Shown piece by piece: positions 14,188 to 47,725 of a stretch of 64,000 nucleotides of DNA. Source of the DNA: the human T2T-CHM13v2.0 reference genome, Homo sapiens. The stretch lies in assembly GCF_009914755.1 (NCBI RefSeq), contig NC_060946.1, one strand, 5' to 3'. A program made the translations under genes and the position numbers. Under the pieces are notes generated by a model. That model had not been told where the DNA came from, searched no databases, and was given only the letters and a program-made list of their open reading frames with translations. The number at the start of each line of letters is the position of its first letter. Positions within the stretch are counted from its first letter, which is position 1.

Positions 14188-15934
14188 AGGTCTTATCTAC
14201 ATTGTGAGCACACACAGTTATTACATACCATTCTCTCTTAACTCTTATTTAATCATAGTCCTATAAGTACCTGTGTGTTTAGGGCTCATATTATTTCCTT
14301 ATATTGATGTGTTTTGGCTGTGTTTTAGCTCTTTCTGTAGTAGATTCCTCAGGAAGAGTTCATGGAAACAGTATTTCTTGAGAAATGCATTTTGATACTA
14401 GTTTGTAAGGTGCTTTATATTTTTTACTTGAAAGTCATTTTGCCTGGCTATAAAATCCTTGACTTTTCTTTCTCTCTTTGGATGTCTTAAATATGCTACT
14501 AATTTTTCCCTGGCATGAGGTATTAGTATTGAAAGTCTGTTGACAATGTAATATCTTCTCCATTACAAGACACTCAGTCTTGTTAGATGTTCAAAGGACT
14601 TTTTTTTCTTTTTCCTTAAATCTAATAATTTTGGTAGATATGTCTTTGTGTTGGTCGTTCTGAGTTAATTTCTCAGGTATATGGTGTGCACTTTCATATG
14701 TAATTTGCATCTTTTCATATTTTAAGAAATTGTTCTTATACTATACTTTTACAATTTCTTCTGTTTCCTTGCTTTGGTTTTCTTCTCCAGAGACTTGACT
14801 ATGCAAGTTTATTTACTTTGCTTATCTTTAATATTCCTCTTAAATCACTTATTTTATTTCACTTTCTCTTAAATCTTTATCTCCTTCTTTATTTCTCTCT
14901 CATTTTTAAATTTAAAAGTAAAATAAAAATTACAGAAAAGCTACAAGCACTATGCCAGTTTTTTTCCTGAACTATGAGAGTAACTACTGACATGATGCTC
15001 CATCATTCCTGAATGTTATGTTGCTACAAACAAGAACATTCTTTCACATAATTATTCTGTAACATAAAATCAAGAGATTAGCAATGATTTGTTACTACCA
15101 TTTAATTCTCAGACCCCGTTAAAATTTTGCTATTTGTTGTATATTTTATAGTAAAAAGATCCAGTTTACTGCGTTTACATTATAATGCATCAAACAGCTT
15201 CTCAGTCTTTCCTTCATTTTCCATATGGATGCCCTCTTAACCTGAGGCAGGTGTTGGCTTCTTTTCCGGTTACCTTCCGTCATGGATGCCCTCTTAACCC
15301 TTCCTCAGTTCTAGCACAATACACTTAGCTAGGCTGTTGAGCTGATGCCTTCCCTATATCCTTCTGGAGCCCCGGGTTTCTTTACCTCCTGCTGGGCAGC
15401 CCTCTTATTCAGATGCTACCTTCTCTCTAGAACTCTTGACACCCCACCCTGGCTTACTCCTTTAGGCAATGTGCTCCCTGCCCTGCTGGTGTTGTGCCTT
15501 CCCTTGCCTGGTTGCTTCCCTTTGTGCATATTTCTCATCTTCCTCAGGTTACAACAAACTGAGCCAGGCAACCCTCTGTGAGGATGCCCTTCTCTGGCTG
15601 CCCAGGCTCCAACATGTCAAGCCACACACCAAATGAATGATTTTCAACCCCCACTCTAGGTCCAGCTGCCTCCGATCGTTTGCCCTCTCCTCCAGGCAGA
15701 AGCCTTCTCACCCTTTTCAGGCTCTGAATCTCTACACAGAGAAGCCTTTAGTGTACCTAACCTTCCTTACCTTGCACATACTCAGAAACTTTATGTCAAA
15801 GCACAACCCACTTGCCTCTTCCTTGTTGTTTCAGGTAGACGCCTTATCACTTTTTTGGAATTCTGACTTCACGAACTGGGCAGCTCTCCTACCTACCCTT
15901 CCTACCCTTCTTATGCTCTGACATCCTGCAACAA

Positions 15935-18260
15935 ATTGCACTATGTTGTTGGCTGTAGGTTTTTTATAGATGCTTTTTTTTGGTAGTTAGAAGTTCCATT
16001 CTATTCCTAGTTTGTTCAATGCTTCTTATAAAAAGTGTTAGATTCTGTCAAAGACATTTTGTGTATCTGTTGAGATAATAATATTAATATGTTAATCAGT
16101 CTAGGTACAGGCTTGTTAGTAGTGTTGATCTTTTCAAAGAACTGGCTTTTGATTTTATTGTGTTTTCACAGTTGTTTTCTTATTGTCTATTTCATTAAGT
16201 TCTTCTATAATTCTTTTTATTTTTTTCTTTCTGCTTGTTTTACGTTTAGTTTGCTTTTTTGCTTCCAGGGTCATAAGGTGGGAGGTTTAGTTCTTGATTT
16301 GAAGTCCTCTTTTTAAATACAAACATTTACACGTATAAGTTTCTAAGTGCCTTAACTGCTTATATTTTGGTATTTGTGCCTTTGTTCATCTCAAAATATT
16401 TTGTAACTTCCCTTTTGATTATTTCTTCTTTGACACATCGGTTATTTAGGAATGTGTTTATTTCCACATATTTGTGAATTCCTCAAATTCCCATATACTA
16501 TTGGTTTCTAACATTCCAGTTTGGACAGATCATATACTTTGTATTATATCTGTCTTCATACATTTATTGAGGTTTATTTTATGACCTGAGTTTGGTCCAT
16601 CCAGGAGAATGTTTTGTGTGTACATATTTTTTGGAAACAGGGTCTCTCCTTCTGTCACCTAAGCTGGAGTGCAGTGGTGCAGTCCTAGCACACTGGAGCC
16701 TTAGACTCCTGGGCTCAAGTGATCCTCCTGCCTCAGCCTCCTGAGTATCTGGGACTATAGGCACAAGCTACTGTGTCTGACTAATTTTTCAGTTTTTTAC
16801 AGAAACAGGGTCTTGCTAGCTCAGGCTAGTTTTGAACTCCTGGCCTCAAGTGATCCTCCTACCTCAGCCTCCCAAAGTGTTGGGATTACAGGCATAAGCC
16901 ACTGAGCCCAGCTATGTGTACTTTAGAAGAATGTGTATTCTGCTGCTTTGGGATGGTGTGTTCTAGAGTTGTCTGTTAGTTCTGTTTGGTTTTTGTTCAA
17001 GTCTTCAGTTTCCTTCTTGATTTAATGAATGGAAAGTTGAGTATTGAAGTGCCCAACTATTATTGTTAACTTGTCTATTTCTCCCTTCATTTCTTCAGAT
17101 GTTGCTTCATGTATTTTGACACTCTGCTGTTAGGTGCATATATGTTTACAATTGCTATATCCTCCTCATGATTGGCCCTTTTATCATTATCCAATGTCTT
17201 TTTAATATCTAGTAATATATCTTGTTTTAAAGTCTGTTTTGTCTGATATTAGCACAGCCATTCCAGCTTTCTTGTGATTTATTGATATTTTTCCCATTTA
17301 ATTTACTTTAAATATGTTTTTATCTTTGAATATTCTATAAAGAGTATGTTATTGAATCTTACTTTATTATCCAGTCTGACAATCTCTGCCTTTTGATTGG
17401 ATTGGTTATTTCATTGATCTTTAATGTGTTTATTGATAGGTTTCCATGTGTCATTTTACTTTTTGTTAGCTATGTGTCTCATGTTCTTTTTATTTCTTTA
17501 TTTCTTCTTTACCACTTTCTTTGGATTATGTGCTTATTTTCTTATATAGCATTTTCAATTTTTAAATAATTTTTTTTCACTGAAAAAAACATTTCCTTAG
17601 TGATTGCACTAGGGCTTACCATATGCATCTTAACTCACTGGAATCAGCCTCAGATTTATACTAATTTTATCCTAGTGAGTTATATAAATGTTACTTCTAT
17701 ATAGCTCTATTTGTTTTCTCCATTTTTTGTGACATTGTTACACATATAGTATCTGTATATGTTACGAACCCAACATGACATAATTATTACTTCCTATAAT
17801 TGTGTATTTTAAAGAAGCTGAGAGAAGAAAGGCGATACAGTATATGTTTGTAGATTTTATTATATTGATCTTCTGATTTATCATTTATGAATCTCTTCAT
17901 TTGTTTCTGCGGATTCAGTTACCACTTGGAGTCATTTCCTTAGCTCAGTATAACTTTGCTTCCATCCACCTTCTTTGTTATGCTGAAGTGGTCCGTATTG
18001 AAAAGCATGCATAATACTCTACTCATTTGAGTATAATTGGTACAAAATATATTCATACCTTCTTTTCTTCTTTTAAAATAATTATAACAGTTTTAATGAA
18101 GTGTAATTTACATGCCATACAACTCATTAAGTGTACAAGTCAATTATTTTTTATAAACTTACAAAGTTGTGCAGACATCACTACAATTTAATTTTAGAAC
18201 ATTTCTATCACCCCAGAAGGATCCTACCTACCTATTTGCAATCACTCCTCATTCTCATCC
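15935..18260 (-). mobile_element. Old L1M fragments (antisense), interrupted by an Alu
   Basis: T-rich L1 ORF2 antisense motifs (ttgtctgatattagcacagccattccagctttc; ccagtctgacaatctctgcc). Boundaries approximate. Confidence 0.75.
16627..16912 (-). mobile_element. AluJ
   Basis: Diverged dimeric Alu in antisense (ctcctgggctcaagtgatcctcct). Confidence 0.9.
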
Positions 18261-18387
18261 GTGTCCTATTCATACAGTTTTAGATAACAATTCTTCCTCT
18301 GAAAATCCTTTTGAAAGAAATAATACAATAAATATTGATATTTATATAAAGGCTTATATTTTTATGTAAAATTTTTTCTTTTTAAAT

Positions 18388-18680
18388 GTTTTTTAAAGTC
18401 AGGGTCTCACTGTGTCACCCAGGGTGGAGTGCAGTGGTATGATCATGACTCATTGTGGCCTCAAAATCCTGGGCTCAGTGATCCTTCCACTTCACCTCCT
18501 GAAGAGCTGGGACTACAGGCATGTGACACCACACTCGGCTAATTTTTAATTTTTTGGTAGAGATGGGGTCTCTCTCTGTGTTGCCCAGGTTGATCTCAAA
18601 CTCCTGGCCTCAAGTGGTCCCCCACCTTGGCCTCTCAAAGTGCTAAGATTACAGGTGTGTGCCATTGTGCATGTCTGCCT
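18388..18680 (-). mobile_element. AluJ
   Basis: Diverged dimeric Alu in antisense. Confidence 0.9.
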
Positions 18681-20535
18681 TTATATATAAACTTAAAGAC
18701 ATAGAAATAATCTAATACTACAAATAAGGGGAGATAAGAAAATTAGTTTTATTTAATGGATTCCATGTTTATATTTAAATTACATTATACACTTTTTTAA
18801 CCTGAAAGTGTTAGATTTCATTACATAAACTTGTTTTCCTCCTACAAACCAAAATAGGGTATGTTATGTATCATGGACTCAGAAAAACTAAGACCAATGT
18901 ATTTCCAAATAAGAATAGGTTTTATTAAACATCTTACATTTCCACAAAAGTATTTTAAATCTTTTAAGATAATATATTAAAACTTGTTAATTCCAGTGTA
19001 AGCAAGATGAACAAAATGAAAGCAGGAGTTTTGTTCTAGACAATGGGATGTACAAATGTTTCAGCATTTGTAAAATGCAGACACGGAAAGCTGATTTAGT
19101 GTTTAACAACATATCTTGTGTGTTTTAATTCAGTCATTGTTTTTTTGAATGCAGATATGCTGAGTTCTTAAGCATTCTAGTGATAACACTACCCTCCTCG
19201 TTCAAAAAAAAAGTATTATCAATGAAATACTTCAGACTACAGCATACACAAATTTTTAATTATTCATGTTGCTCTTGTCTTGGCACATGCCTAATAATTA
19301 ATAGTTTGCATCCAGTTTTGTATTAGTCTCTACACACTAGTCCAGAAGTAAAAACTGACATGATTGGTCTTCACAGTGTTAAAATGTTTTAATTAAATTG
19401 TAAAATATAGTGCTTTTAGATAAAAATTCGGATTTCATGTTTCTCTTGAAAAATATGGAAGAACTAGCAACATTGAACAATTGACTTGAACTGAGGAGTA
19501 GGGGCCACTTTTAGGAAGGACAAACATTCTCTAGTTTGAGGAAGTCCCCATCTGGCCAAATTCGCTTACATGCATATCTGTGTGCCTCCTGTAAGAACTT
19601 GAGTTTGGGACATTTGATTTAACCCTATTATAACATTGAGTGAGAAAACTGGAGCCACATCAGCTAAATGACTTCCTAAGCTGAGAAAGATTAGTGGCAG
19701 AGTCAGGATTTTAAGATGATTTCACTAGTGATACATTGAATATGGACTATAAATCAAAAGACTTAGAATTACATGCTGGCCCCTTCCCTTCTAAATCTTA
19801 ATTTCTTAACATTAAGCTTTCATAGTTGTAAGTTGAAAGTAATAGTAATATTGATATGTGATGACTGCAAAGGTTAAATATCATTTATCATTATTAGACT
19901 CATATCTGCAGAGCAATTTTAACCACGTCTAACAATACCTTTCTTGTTATAGATGGCATATGTTTAGTTGTCTTTCATAAAAAGTAATAACATGTTTTAA
20001 CAAACTTATCTTCTGAGTTTAGTATGTATATTGTGATATTATTGTTGAGTAGCATTGGTATTTCATAGGTTGATTTGCTTTTTAGTAAAGATATGAATAT
20101 TTTTGCATATTAACTTTTTATAGCCTCAAATGATAGTCTTTTTTGTAAGTAATTCACGTGTCAGGCACTGTTTATTTACATAAATACTTTTTAAAATATT
20201 AACAAGAAAAGTTAAACTTATGCTATGATGTAGTCAAGTACAATCCTATTATATATAAAATCAGGTTTGATATTTTTTTCTAATGAAATGATTTTGCCAG
20301 TAATCAAAAACTTTAAATTAGAAAACGAAGATCTGAGCATCTTTATTGGCATAATAAAACTTAACTCTCATTGAATTGAAGTGACTATAACGAAGTAAGT
20401 AACACCACTGAATAGTCCCTGACACATGAAAGGTACACAAGTACTTTCTTATTGCAAATGTTTCTCTGCTTTAAAACTTTGGCTTTTTAATTGTTGCTTT
20501 TAAAAACAGGGTTTACCTTAGTTTTATTTTTTCAG

Positions 20536-20734
20536 AGTACCTTCAAGTTTAAATCTAAGAGTGATATTCATTTGGCAGAACATCATAAACAGGTTTTATA
20601 TGATGGGAAACTTGCAAGTAGCATTGCCTTTACATATAATTGCTAGGGCCACTGATACTCAACTCTGCCTGGAATCATCACCAAAAGAGGATGCATCAAT
20701 TTTTGTGCATTCCCAACATGCTCTAATGCTTCCG
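20536..20734 (+). pseudogene. NBEA-derived exon, 199 bp, +1 frameshift (STFKFKSKSDIHLAEHHKQVLYDGKLASSIAFTYN / ARATDTQLCLESSPKEDASIFVHSQHALMLP)
   Basis: Boundaries ttttcag| and |gtgggt. An extra T near 20641 produces TAG at 20644-20646 in the NBEA frame. Confidence 0.93.
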
Positions 20735-21361
20735 GTGGGTGAATCATGGCTTTGTTTTCATGTTCTTGTCAGAATTTAACAATATTTTTATTTTATATAT
20801 CAAACATTGCTCATCTATAAATCTGTGACTTTTTGTTTCTTTTTGGCTTTTGCAGATCTTTTAAGTGAAACTTTAAAGAATGTCTATCTTTTCTGTAGCA
20901 ATATGCTCTACCCTGGCCTTGTCTCCTTAGTAGGAAATCTGTCATACCTATTATCTTATATATTATACAGCCTTTCAAATTAAATCAATTAACTGAATAA
21001 GTTAGTTGTTAGACATAAAAACATACTTTGCTTTAAGATTGTATTACTAATATTCTGTAACATTAAAATTACTTGTCTTTAAATCCATCAATAGTATTTC
21101 TGATTTTAAAATAACATTTGATTTTAACTTCATATTTTTAGTGTAAAAAAAAATCTTAGGTTGACCTAAGATTTGAAATTTAAAAGTGATTAGCAAAGGT
21201 ACTCACTTTTTTGTCTTACATGTGTATAAAAATTATAATTGAGGGCTTAAAAAATTTCCAACTATGTTATTTAATTCCCTTATAAACGTATTTGGACCAA
21301 GGAAATAGTGATGAAAATCATTCTATAGAAGTTTAATAAACATTTTTGTTTTTAGACATAG

Positions 21362-21467
21362 GATGTGAAAGGGATAGTAACACATTCAATTCATAGTGCA
21401 ATTCATTCAATTGGACAGATTCAAGTGCTTTTTCCACTGTTTCCCCAGTTGGATAATTGGCAGCTCA

Positions 21468-21495
<28 letters not shown>
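21362..21495 (+). pseudogene. NBEA-derived exon, 134 bp ([44 protein letters not shown])
   Basis: catag| acceptor and consensus |gtaagt donor. Matches [48 protein letters not shown] (recalled). Confidence 0.93.
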
Positions 21496-37558
<16,063 letters not shown>

Positions 37559-37971
37559 AGAGGGACTTCTCTCATTCAGCAGAGCAGCAGCCCTGCTGCT
37601 GAAGAGCCTGCTGCTACTGCTGCTGGGGGTATTTGCATGCCTGCAGGAGGTGCTGGAGAGCAAGAAAAGGAGCCTGTGAGCAGGGGTTCCAGCAGGTCCT
37701 CCTGCTCCCAGAGGCGACCTCCTCCTCCAGGCATGGAGGTTTGCCCTCAGCTAGGCATCTGGGCCATTTGCCTCTACTGTGCTGCCCAGGATGGCCTCTT
37801 CTTGACAGGCAGATAGGATGGCCTCTTCTTGACAGGTGGAGGGGGCCAGGGGCATCTCCAAAGGAAGCTTTTAAACTCAGCAGATTCACCCCAGAATCTC
37901 CATGCCTGCACCTGCCCAAGGATTTATTCATAGCTTAACTAAGAATTTCAAATTTCTCCCATTAACACTGA

Positions 37972-37977
37972 AATAAA
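37972..37977 (+). terminator. Polyadenylation signal AATAAA of the CDRT15-like last exon
   Basis: AATAAA ~170 nt after the ancestral stop region, followed by GT/T-rich gtttgactttttg. Confidence 0.65.
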
Positions 37978-38309
37978 GTTTGACTTTTTGAAACTTCCAT
38001 GACTTCTTTCCCTCCCTAATATTGTAGATGGTGTTTTTGAGGCGATGTTGAAAACCTCTGATAGTTGCATGTTTTGTTGTGTTTTTTTTCTGTGATTAAA
38101 TTGCCATCTGATCAAGTGATATTGAAAACCCTTCAGGTATGGCTTTTAGAAGACTTTGACCTATTTTTGCTTTTGTTGACTCTCCCTCCAGCTTTGCGGA
38201 AAGAGGGATCATGTAGGTTCATTTCTCAGGCAGATCAGTCACCTTTTGCCATCAAAGTTTTAGCATCCATTTCCAAAATTTGGTGTACAAGTTGGTATTT
38301 TGGTGTTTT

Positions 38310-38663
38310 TAGCTAATCTGGGGTCAAAACAGAATGCCATAGATGAGGAAGCTTGTAAACAAATTTCTTTCTCTCAGTTCTGGAGATGGCAAAATTCAAG
38401 ATCAAGTGGTTAGCAGATTCCAAGTCTGGTGTGGGCTTGCTTTGTGATTCATAGACAGCCATGTTTCTACCATGTCCTCACATGACAGAAGGGATGAGGG
38501 AGCTCTCTATGGTGCCTTCAATAGGGGCTACTAATCCCACTCATGTGGTCCCTACCTTCATGATCTAATCATTCCCCAAGGCCCTACCTCCAAATATCAT
38601 CACATAGGGAATTAGATTTCAACCCTTGAATTTGAGGGGGACAATAACATTTGGTCTATAGCA
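38310..38663 (-). mobile_element. MLT1A/MSTD-type MaLR LTR
   Basis: cagttctggag...tcaagatcaag...gtcctcacatg...cctacctccaaatatcatcaca...aacatttggtctatagca. Confidence 0.8.
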
Positions 38664-39157
38664 TCAGGTTACCCAGAGCCTTATGCAATCAGAGGAAATC
38701 CAAAATCACCTATAAGTATTCGCTGCTCCCCTCTGGGCTTAGGGAAATCTTTAATTGCAGCTCTTGATTCAGCTTGGTCCAAGCTTAACTTCTACATTTG
38801 CCTGCATAACTTGTTCATGGGACAGAGGGAAGTATAGAGAAAACTGACCATTTGGAGTTTTAGGACAATTGATGGAAGAGGGCTTGGCATCTGGATGAGA
38901 AGTGGAGGGAGAATAGAACAAAGGCACAGAAGGAGAGAGCACAATGAGAAAGGGAAAGAGGGACATCTGGACATAAGGGCCAACTGGAGGGCAGGGAAGG
39001 TAATTTTCCTTACATTTTAAACTCAGACCACATATCACATCAGAATCACCTGAGGGAGACATTTTCAATGCATATTCCTGAGTTTCTTCTCTTGGAAATT
39101 TTTATTTCTTAAATCTTGAGTTGTGCTGATTTATCCATATTTATCATAAGAATTTTA

Positions 39158-39422
<265 letters not shown>

Positions 39423-39889
39423 TGTGGATAATTCTGATGCAGTTAGAAAACAAAGCAGAGCTTGACAGCCACTGGGTTGGGACGTATATCAAGAAGACAT
39501 TTGATTATGTAAAATAACTGCAAAACAAACTGAAGGGGAATTATTTTAAAATGCTTGAATATAATTATATAATTCAACTCTTCCTATGTACATAGTTTGA
39601 CCACATATTTCATGTCTGCTATACTGAGATTGGAAATGTGTAGAGGTTTTTTTAAAAATCAGGTAGAAGCACAGAAAAAAGGAGCTGGAGAGAAAAGAAA
39701 ACTAGCTATTGTCTGGTAACAAGAGAAGAGAAGGGAAACGAAGTAGCATATTTTTGTTCATTGTTTGATGGCATCTAAATTATGATCCCAAATATTTTTT
39801 TCTAAGAAATCCAATAATACAAGTATTCAGAGTGGAGTACCAACATTGATTTACTGGGAAAGAGAAGTGTACTCTGTTTTGCTGCATAA

Positions 39890-40458
39890 TGTTGAGGGAG
39901 AAGGAAAGGAAAATTAGTTGAGTAAACAAGTAAGAGACTGGTTCTCAGGGAAGCTGTCTGCCTGAAAAATCACAACTACTGCACCTACAGGTAAGCCCTG
40001 CACAGATGAGCATGCAGGGTCCAGCACAGAAGCCTTCTGTTCTTTGTGTAATTGGCAAGCTCCCAGGAAAAATTTTCCTCTCTTTTTCAGGCATAAACAT
40101 GGTGGCCTCTGTGGGAACATGCACAGGGAGGAGGGGAGCTTACCTAAAACAAACCCACAGTTATATAAACAAGAGAAGCCCACTTTGTGCTTGACTAGAG
40201 ACATACCCACAGCTGGTTATATAAAGGGAATTGTGCAGACAGTTTTTTATACATAGCTGAGAGGAGTTTCTTATAAAAGCTTTTTGATTCAACTGTAAAA
40301 ACGGCAATCCACTTGGACGCCCTTGTCTGCTGCAGAGAGCTCCCTCCTTTTGCTTATTAAACTTTCACTCCCACCTCACCCGTGTATCCCCGTTCCTTAA
40401 TCATCTTGGTGGTGAGATGAAGAACTCCAGGTGATACCTCACAAGAGAGACTGCTACA
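39890..40458 (+). mobile_element. ERV1-class LTR
   Basis: TG...CA ends, TATA-like ttataaaag, poly(A) signal context cttattaaactttcactcc; subfamily not assigned. Confidence 0.7.
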
Positions 40459-41126
40459 TTGTGTTGCCTTGGCGAGACTGCAACTTTAAGAAGTGTGACT
40501 TTTATTGCTGCTGAATTATTTTATCTCCTACCCAATTGAAAATAAAGGATATAAAGTGCTTAGGTTGAACCCAAAGTCCTCTGCTCTAGGTAACATCTTC
40601 AGCAGCCACATTAGTAGAGGGATGGGTGGTAATGGTGGAGTAGATGTCTCTTTGCTTCTGACAGGGTGTCTGCTTATGTGTTAAACAAAAGAGTATGGTA
40701 TATATTTCATTAAGAAATCTGCTAAAAAATGAAGTAAAACAGGTTCATCTTCTTGAAAGGCACAGTATTTGCTATGGCAGCAAGACCAAAAGGCTTAAGT
40801 AGCAAAAATGCGCGTAGTAGTTACAAACATTTTCATATAAACAAAACAATGTGAGCATCTGTATATGACAATAACTCATGCAAAAAATATTTTTTAACTG
40901 AGACAGAAATCATTTTATACATAACAAAAGTTATCACTGTATTCTGAGGTAACATATTGTTTGTATATAGATGTTGTAAATAATAACTTATTTAAGTTAT
41001 TCATCATTTATACAACAAATAATTCTTTGGAATCTACAAAATGCTGGTTTTGTTCTAGGCACTGAATGTACAAATTGATTTAAAATATGTGTTCTTAGAG
41101 TGCGGTAGATTAAAAAATACAAAATA

Positions 41127-41608
<482 letters not shown>

Positions 41609-41912
41609 TAGAGGTTGTACTGCTGAAAACAAGAGCTATTAATAAAAAAATTTCAGGAAACTGTGATTATTTTCAATAGAAGTGGATATTTTAATACAGG
41701 TCTCTTGTTTTTTCTTGTGGAAATAAATGACAAGATGGAATTTCTGGGTGTTTGGTATCTGAATATTTAAGTATAGCAGGTATGGTCAGTTTTTCAAAGG
41801 CATTTTACCATCTTACTTGTCCATCAGCAACTCATAAGATATTATGTGGAACAACGTCCTCTCCAACAACCTCTAGTATCAGTCTTTGTAAAGTTTTTCA
41901 ATTAAATGTGTG

Positions 41913-42452
<540 letters not shown>

Positions 42453-42699
42453 AAATGGGTGTCAGTTTTGCAGGTAATTGTTATATTATTAAAAGATAAC
42501 GGAATACCTAGCTAAAAAAAATGCGAGGAGGCATTGATGGGCCCATGTTTACTGAGCACATCCTGACTCCAGAATTAGAAATCCAATTTATGCCTCTGCA
42601 GTCCAATAAAATTTTTCCTTAAGAATCCAAAGATCAGACTTTCATTTCAGCAAACACTCCAATATGGTTTCTCACCTACTCACTCCAACGAAGCTGCTC

Positions 42700-43350
42700 G
42701 TATCAAAACATAAGTGCTATCCATATTGTTAAATTATAAATTGAACCATAACTCCTCGGACTTCGTCTTAATTTATGTATCAGCAGCATTTCACATGGTT
42801 GATCTCTACCTCCCCTTTGTAAAACTTTTTTTATAGAATTCCAGAAAACTTAACCTACTTTCCCTCCACCATGTTTTTGATAATTACCCCTAGTCCTTTT
42901 TTGCAGGTTTCATCTTTAGTATTTTTTAAATGTTAGAGGATGATTAGGCTCACGACTTTGACTGCTTATCTTTCTTTGCTTTCTTACTGATTTTTGTGTC
43001 ATTAATTTCCTGATATTTCATATTACACCAAAACACTGGACACTACACACAACACTCCCTGACTTATCCATGTGGATGTCAGTTAGGAATCTCAAAATTA
43101 ATATGTCTATGTGGAGCCACTGAAACTCCCCAAATTTGCTCTTCCCCATTCTGTTTAATGGCAACTCCCATTGTATAGTTTCTCAGCTCAGTATTCTTGG
43201 TGCCCCCTTTTAATTCTGTCTCTGTAGCCCTGTCACTCTCTTTCTGTATCTGTCTGATTCTCTCCTTCTCTCTCCTCTCTCTCTGCTCGCTGTCATTCTT
43301 GCTCTCTCTCCCTGCTTCACACACACACAAACACACACAGACAGACACAT

Positions 43351-43394
<44 letters not shown>

Positions 43395-43850
43395 TTTCAG
43401 ATCTGATGTGTATGGAATTCCTGCCAGCTTTACCTTTAAAGTGTAGTAATTCCAAATGTTGTTTCCAAATTCACCTTCCCACCCCCACCACTTGGTAACT
43501 ATAGTGCTTCCCTCACAAGGCCAAGTGCAGAGTTTTCTTGGGGAAATAATGAGAACTATTATACATTCTTGTTTCAAGGACCCTTAAAATTATAAGATTA
43601 CCATATTTGATACTAATTTAAGCTTCTGTCATTGCCCCTTTTTCAATCCAGTCTCCACACAGCTACCACAGTGTGCAAGTAGAAGTCTCAGCCATATCAC
43701 CACACTCCTGCTTTAATGTCCCTACTCCATTGCTTCTTTTCTCCTTCAGAAGAGTTTAAGCTTAATGAAGCTGGGCAACTTCACATATTTTTCCACGAGC
43801 TGGAGATCACTTGGTTTAAGGTAAGCGATCAGTAAATATTTTTAAATAAC
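42700..43850 (+). mobile_element. L2 fragment containing (CA)n at 43318-43390
   Basis: tcagcagcatttcacatggttga and tggatgtc...ctcaaaattaatatgtc are L2 motifs. Confidence 0.65.
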
Positions 43851-44869
43851 AGAATCCAGGAATAATAGTTTTGTTTCTTTGAGAGTACATTTACTTTTAA
43901 AAATCAAGAAAATAGATTGGTCAAGAGAATTCTGCTTGTTTTGATTTTGTTATCACTCGATTAGATTAACTGTGTTAGTATAAATGTCAGTTTGGAAAGC
44001 TATAAGCATTTCCTAAACTTTAAAATGAAAGGCATGGAATTTAAATATCTGCTCCTTTTATTTGAGCAACCAAAAACACAACTTTTTAAATATATTTTAT
44101 GTATGTATGAAATCTAAATTTATTTTTCTCTCTTTATCCCTGAATACGTTTTAAAGTTATTCATGTCCTCATTTTTTATAATCCACTTTAGTAACATTTT
44201 AAAATATTTTTTCAACTTCATCAAGAATATCTTTGTGTTCCACTGAATAGCTTGCCAAATAATAAAACATTAGCAGTATAATTTCCTCATAAACATTATT
44301 TAATTTGTTTGGTTAACCATAGATTTCCTACTCTCAACTCATAATTTCATTCAAGCATAATATATTCTACTTGAGCTTTGCGGGGTTTTCATACCATGTA
44401 TTTGTCATTGAAATTGGTTTTTGATATTTGAACCACTAGTTTTGAACCAACTGTATTGTTGGTTAGTCTGGTCTGTAGAATCTTTCTTTGTTTTGATTCT
44501 GTGGTTTATTCAATACAGAGTAGCTGTGCTACTGTAAATTTTGAGGTCAAAAGCTGAAAACATTTTACGTATTTTAAAACAAAGTGGATGGCATTTAAAT
44601 ATCTATTCCTTAAAATTTGGAAGAAAGGTTAACACCATATAAACCCAGAGCCTGTATTTTTAGATTAGTAGCATGTAGACCTTTTCAATTTCTTCTAAAG
44701 TTGAAAAAAATAAACATTTTGTATTCATAGAATGCTTGATAACAGAAGGTAAATACTTAATTTTCACTTAAAAGAAATTTGGTTACATTGAAAGGAAATT
44801 TGGCTAATATAAGTAAGTTAGATACATTTCTAATTAAAACAGTAATTTAAGATAAATAATGCTCAAAGA

Positions 44870-47390
<2,521 letters not shown>

Positions 47391-47583
47391 TGATATGGTT
47401 TGGCTGTGTTGCCACCCAAATGTCATCTTGAACTGTAATTTCCATAAGCCTCATGTGTCACGGGAGGGACCCAGTGAGAGGTAACTGAATCATGGCGGCA
47501 GTTTCCCCCATGCTGTTCTCATGATAGTCAGTGAGTTCTCATGTGATCTGATGGTTTTATAAGCATCTGGCATTTCCCTTTCT
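47391..47583 (+). mobile_element. THE1 LTR, 5' half only
   Basis: tgatatggtttggctgtgttgccacccaaatgtcatcttgaactgta... Confidence 0.9.
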
Positions 47584-47725
47584 TGAGGTGATGAATGCCC
47601 CATTTATACCCTGATGTGATTATTACACATTGCATGCCTGTGTCAAACTATCTCATGTACCCCATAAATATATACACCTACTATGTACTCATAGAAATTA
47701 AAAATAAAAATAAATTTAAAATAAA
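47584..47725 (+). mobile_element. L1MA-type 3' end with A tail
   Basis: ccctgatgtgattattacacattgcatgcctgt...catgtaccccataaatatatacacctactatgtac...aaaaataaaaa. Confidence 0.85.

Noticed and set aside
15225-15850. Recurring GGATGCCCTCTTAACC-like motif in a GC-richer patch
   Set aside because: Only two good copies (15227, 15284); probably decayed internal repeats of an old L1-type element. No function inferable.
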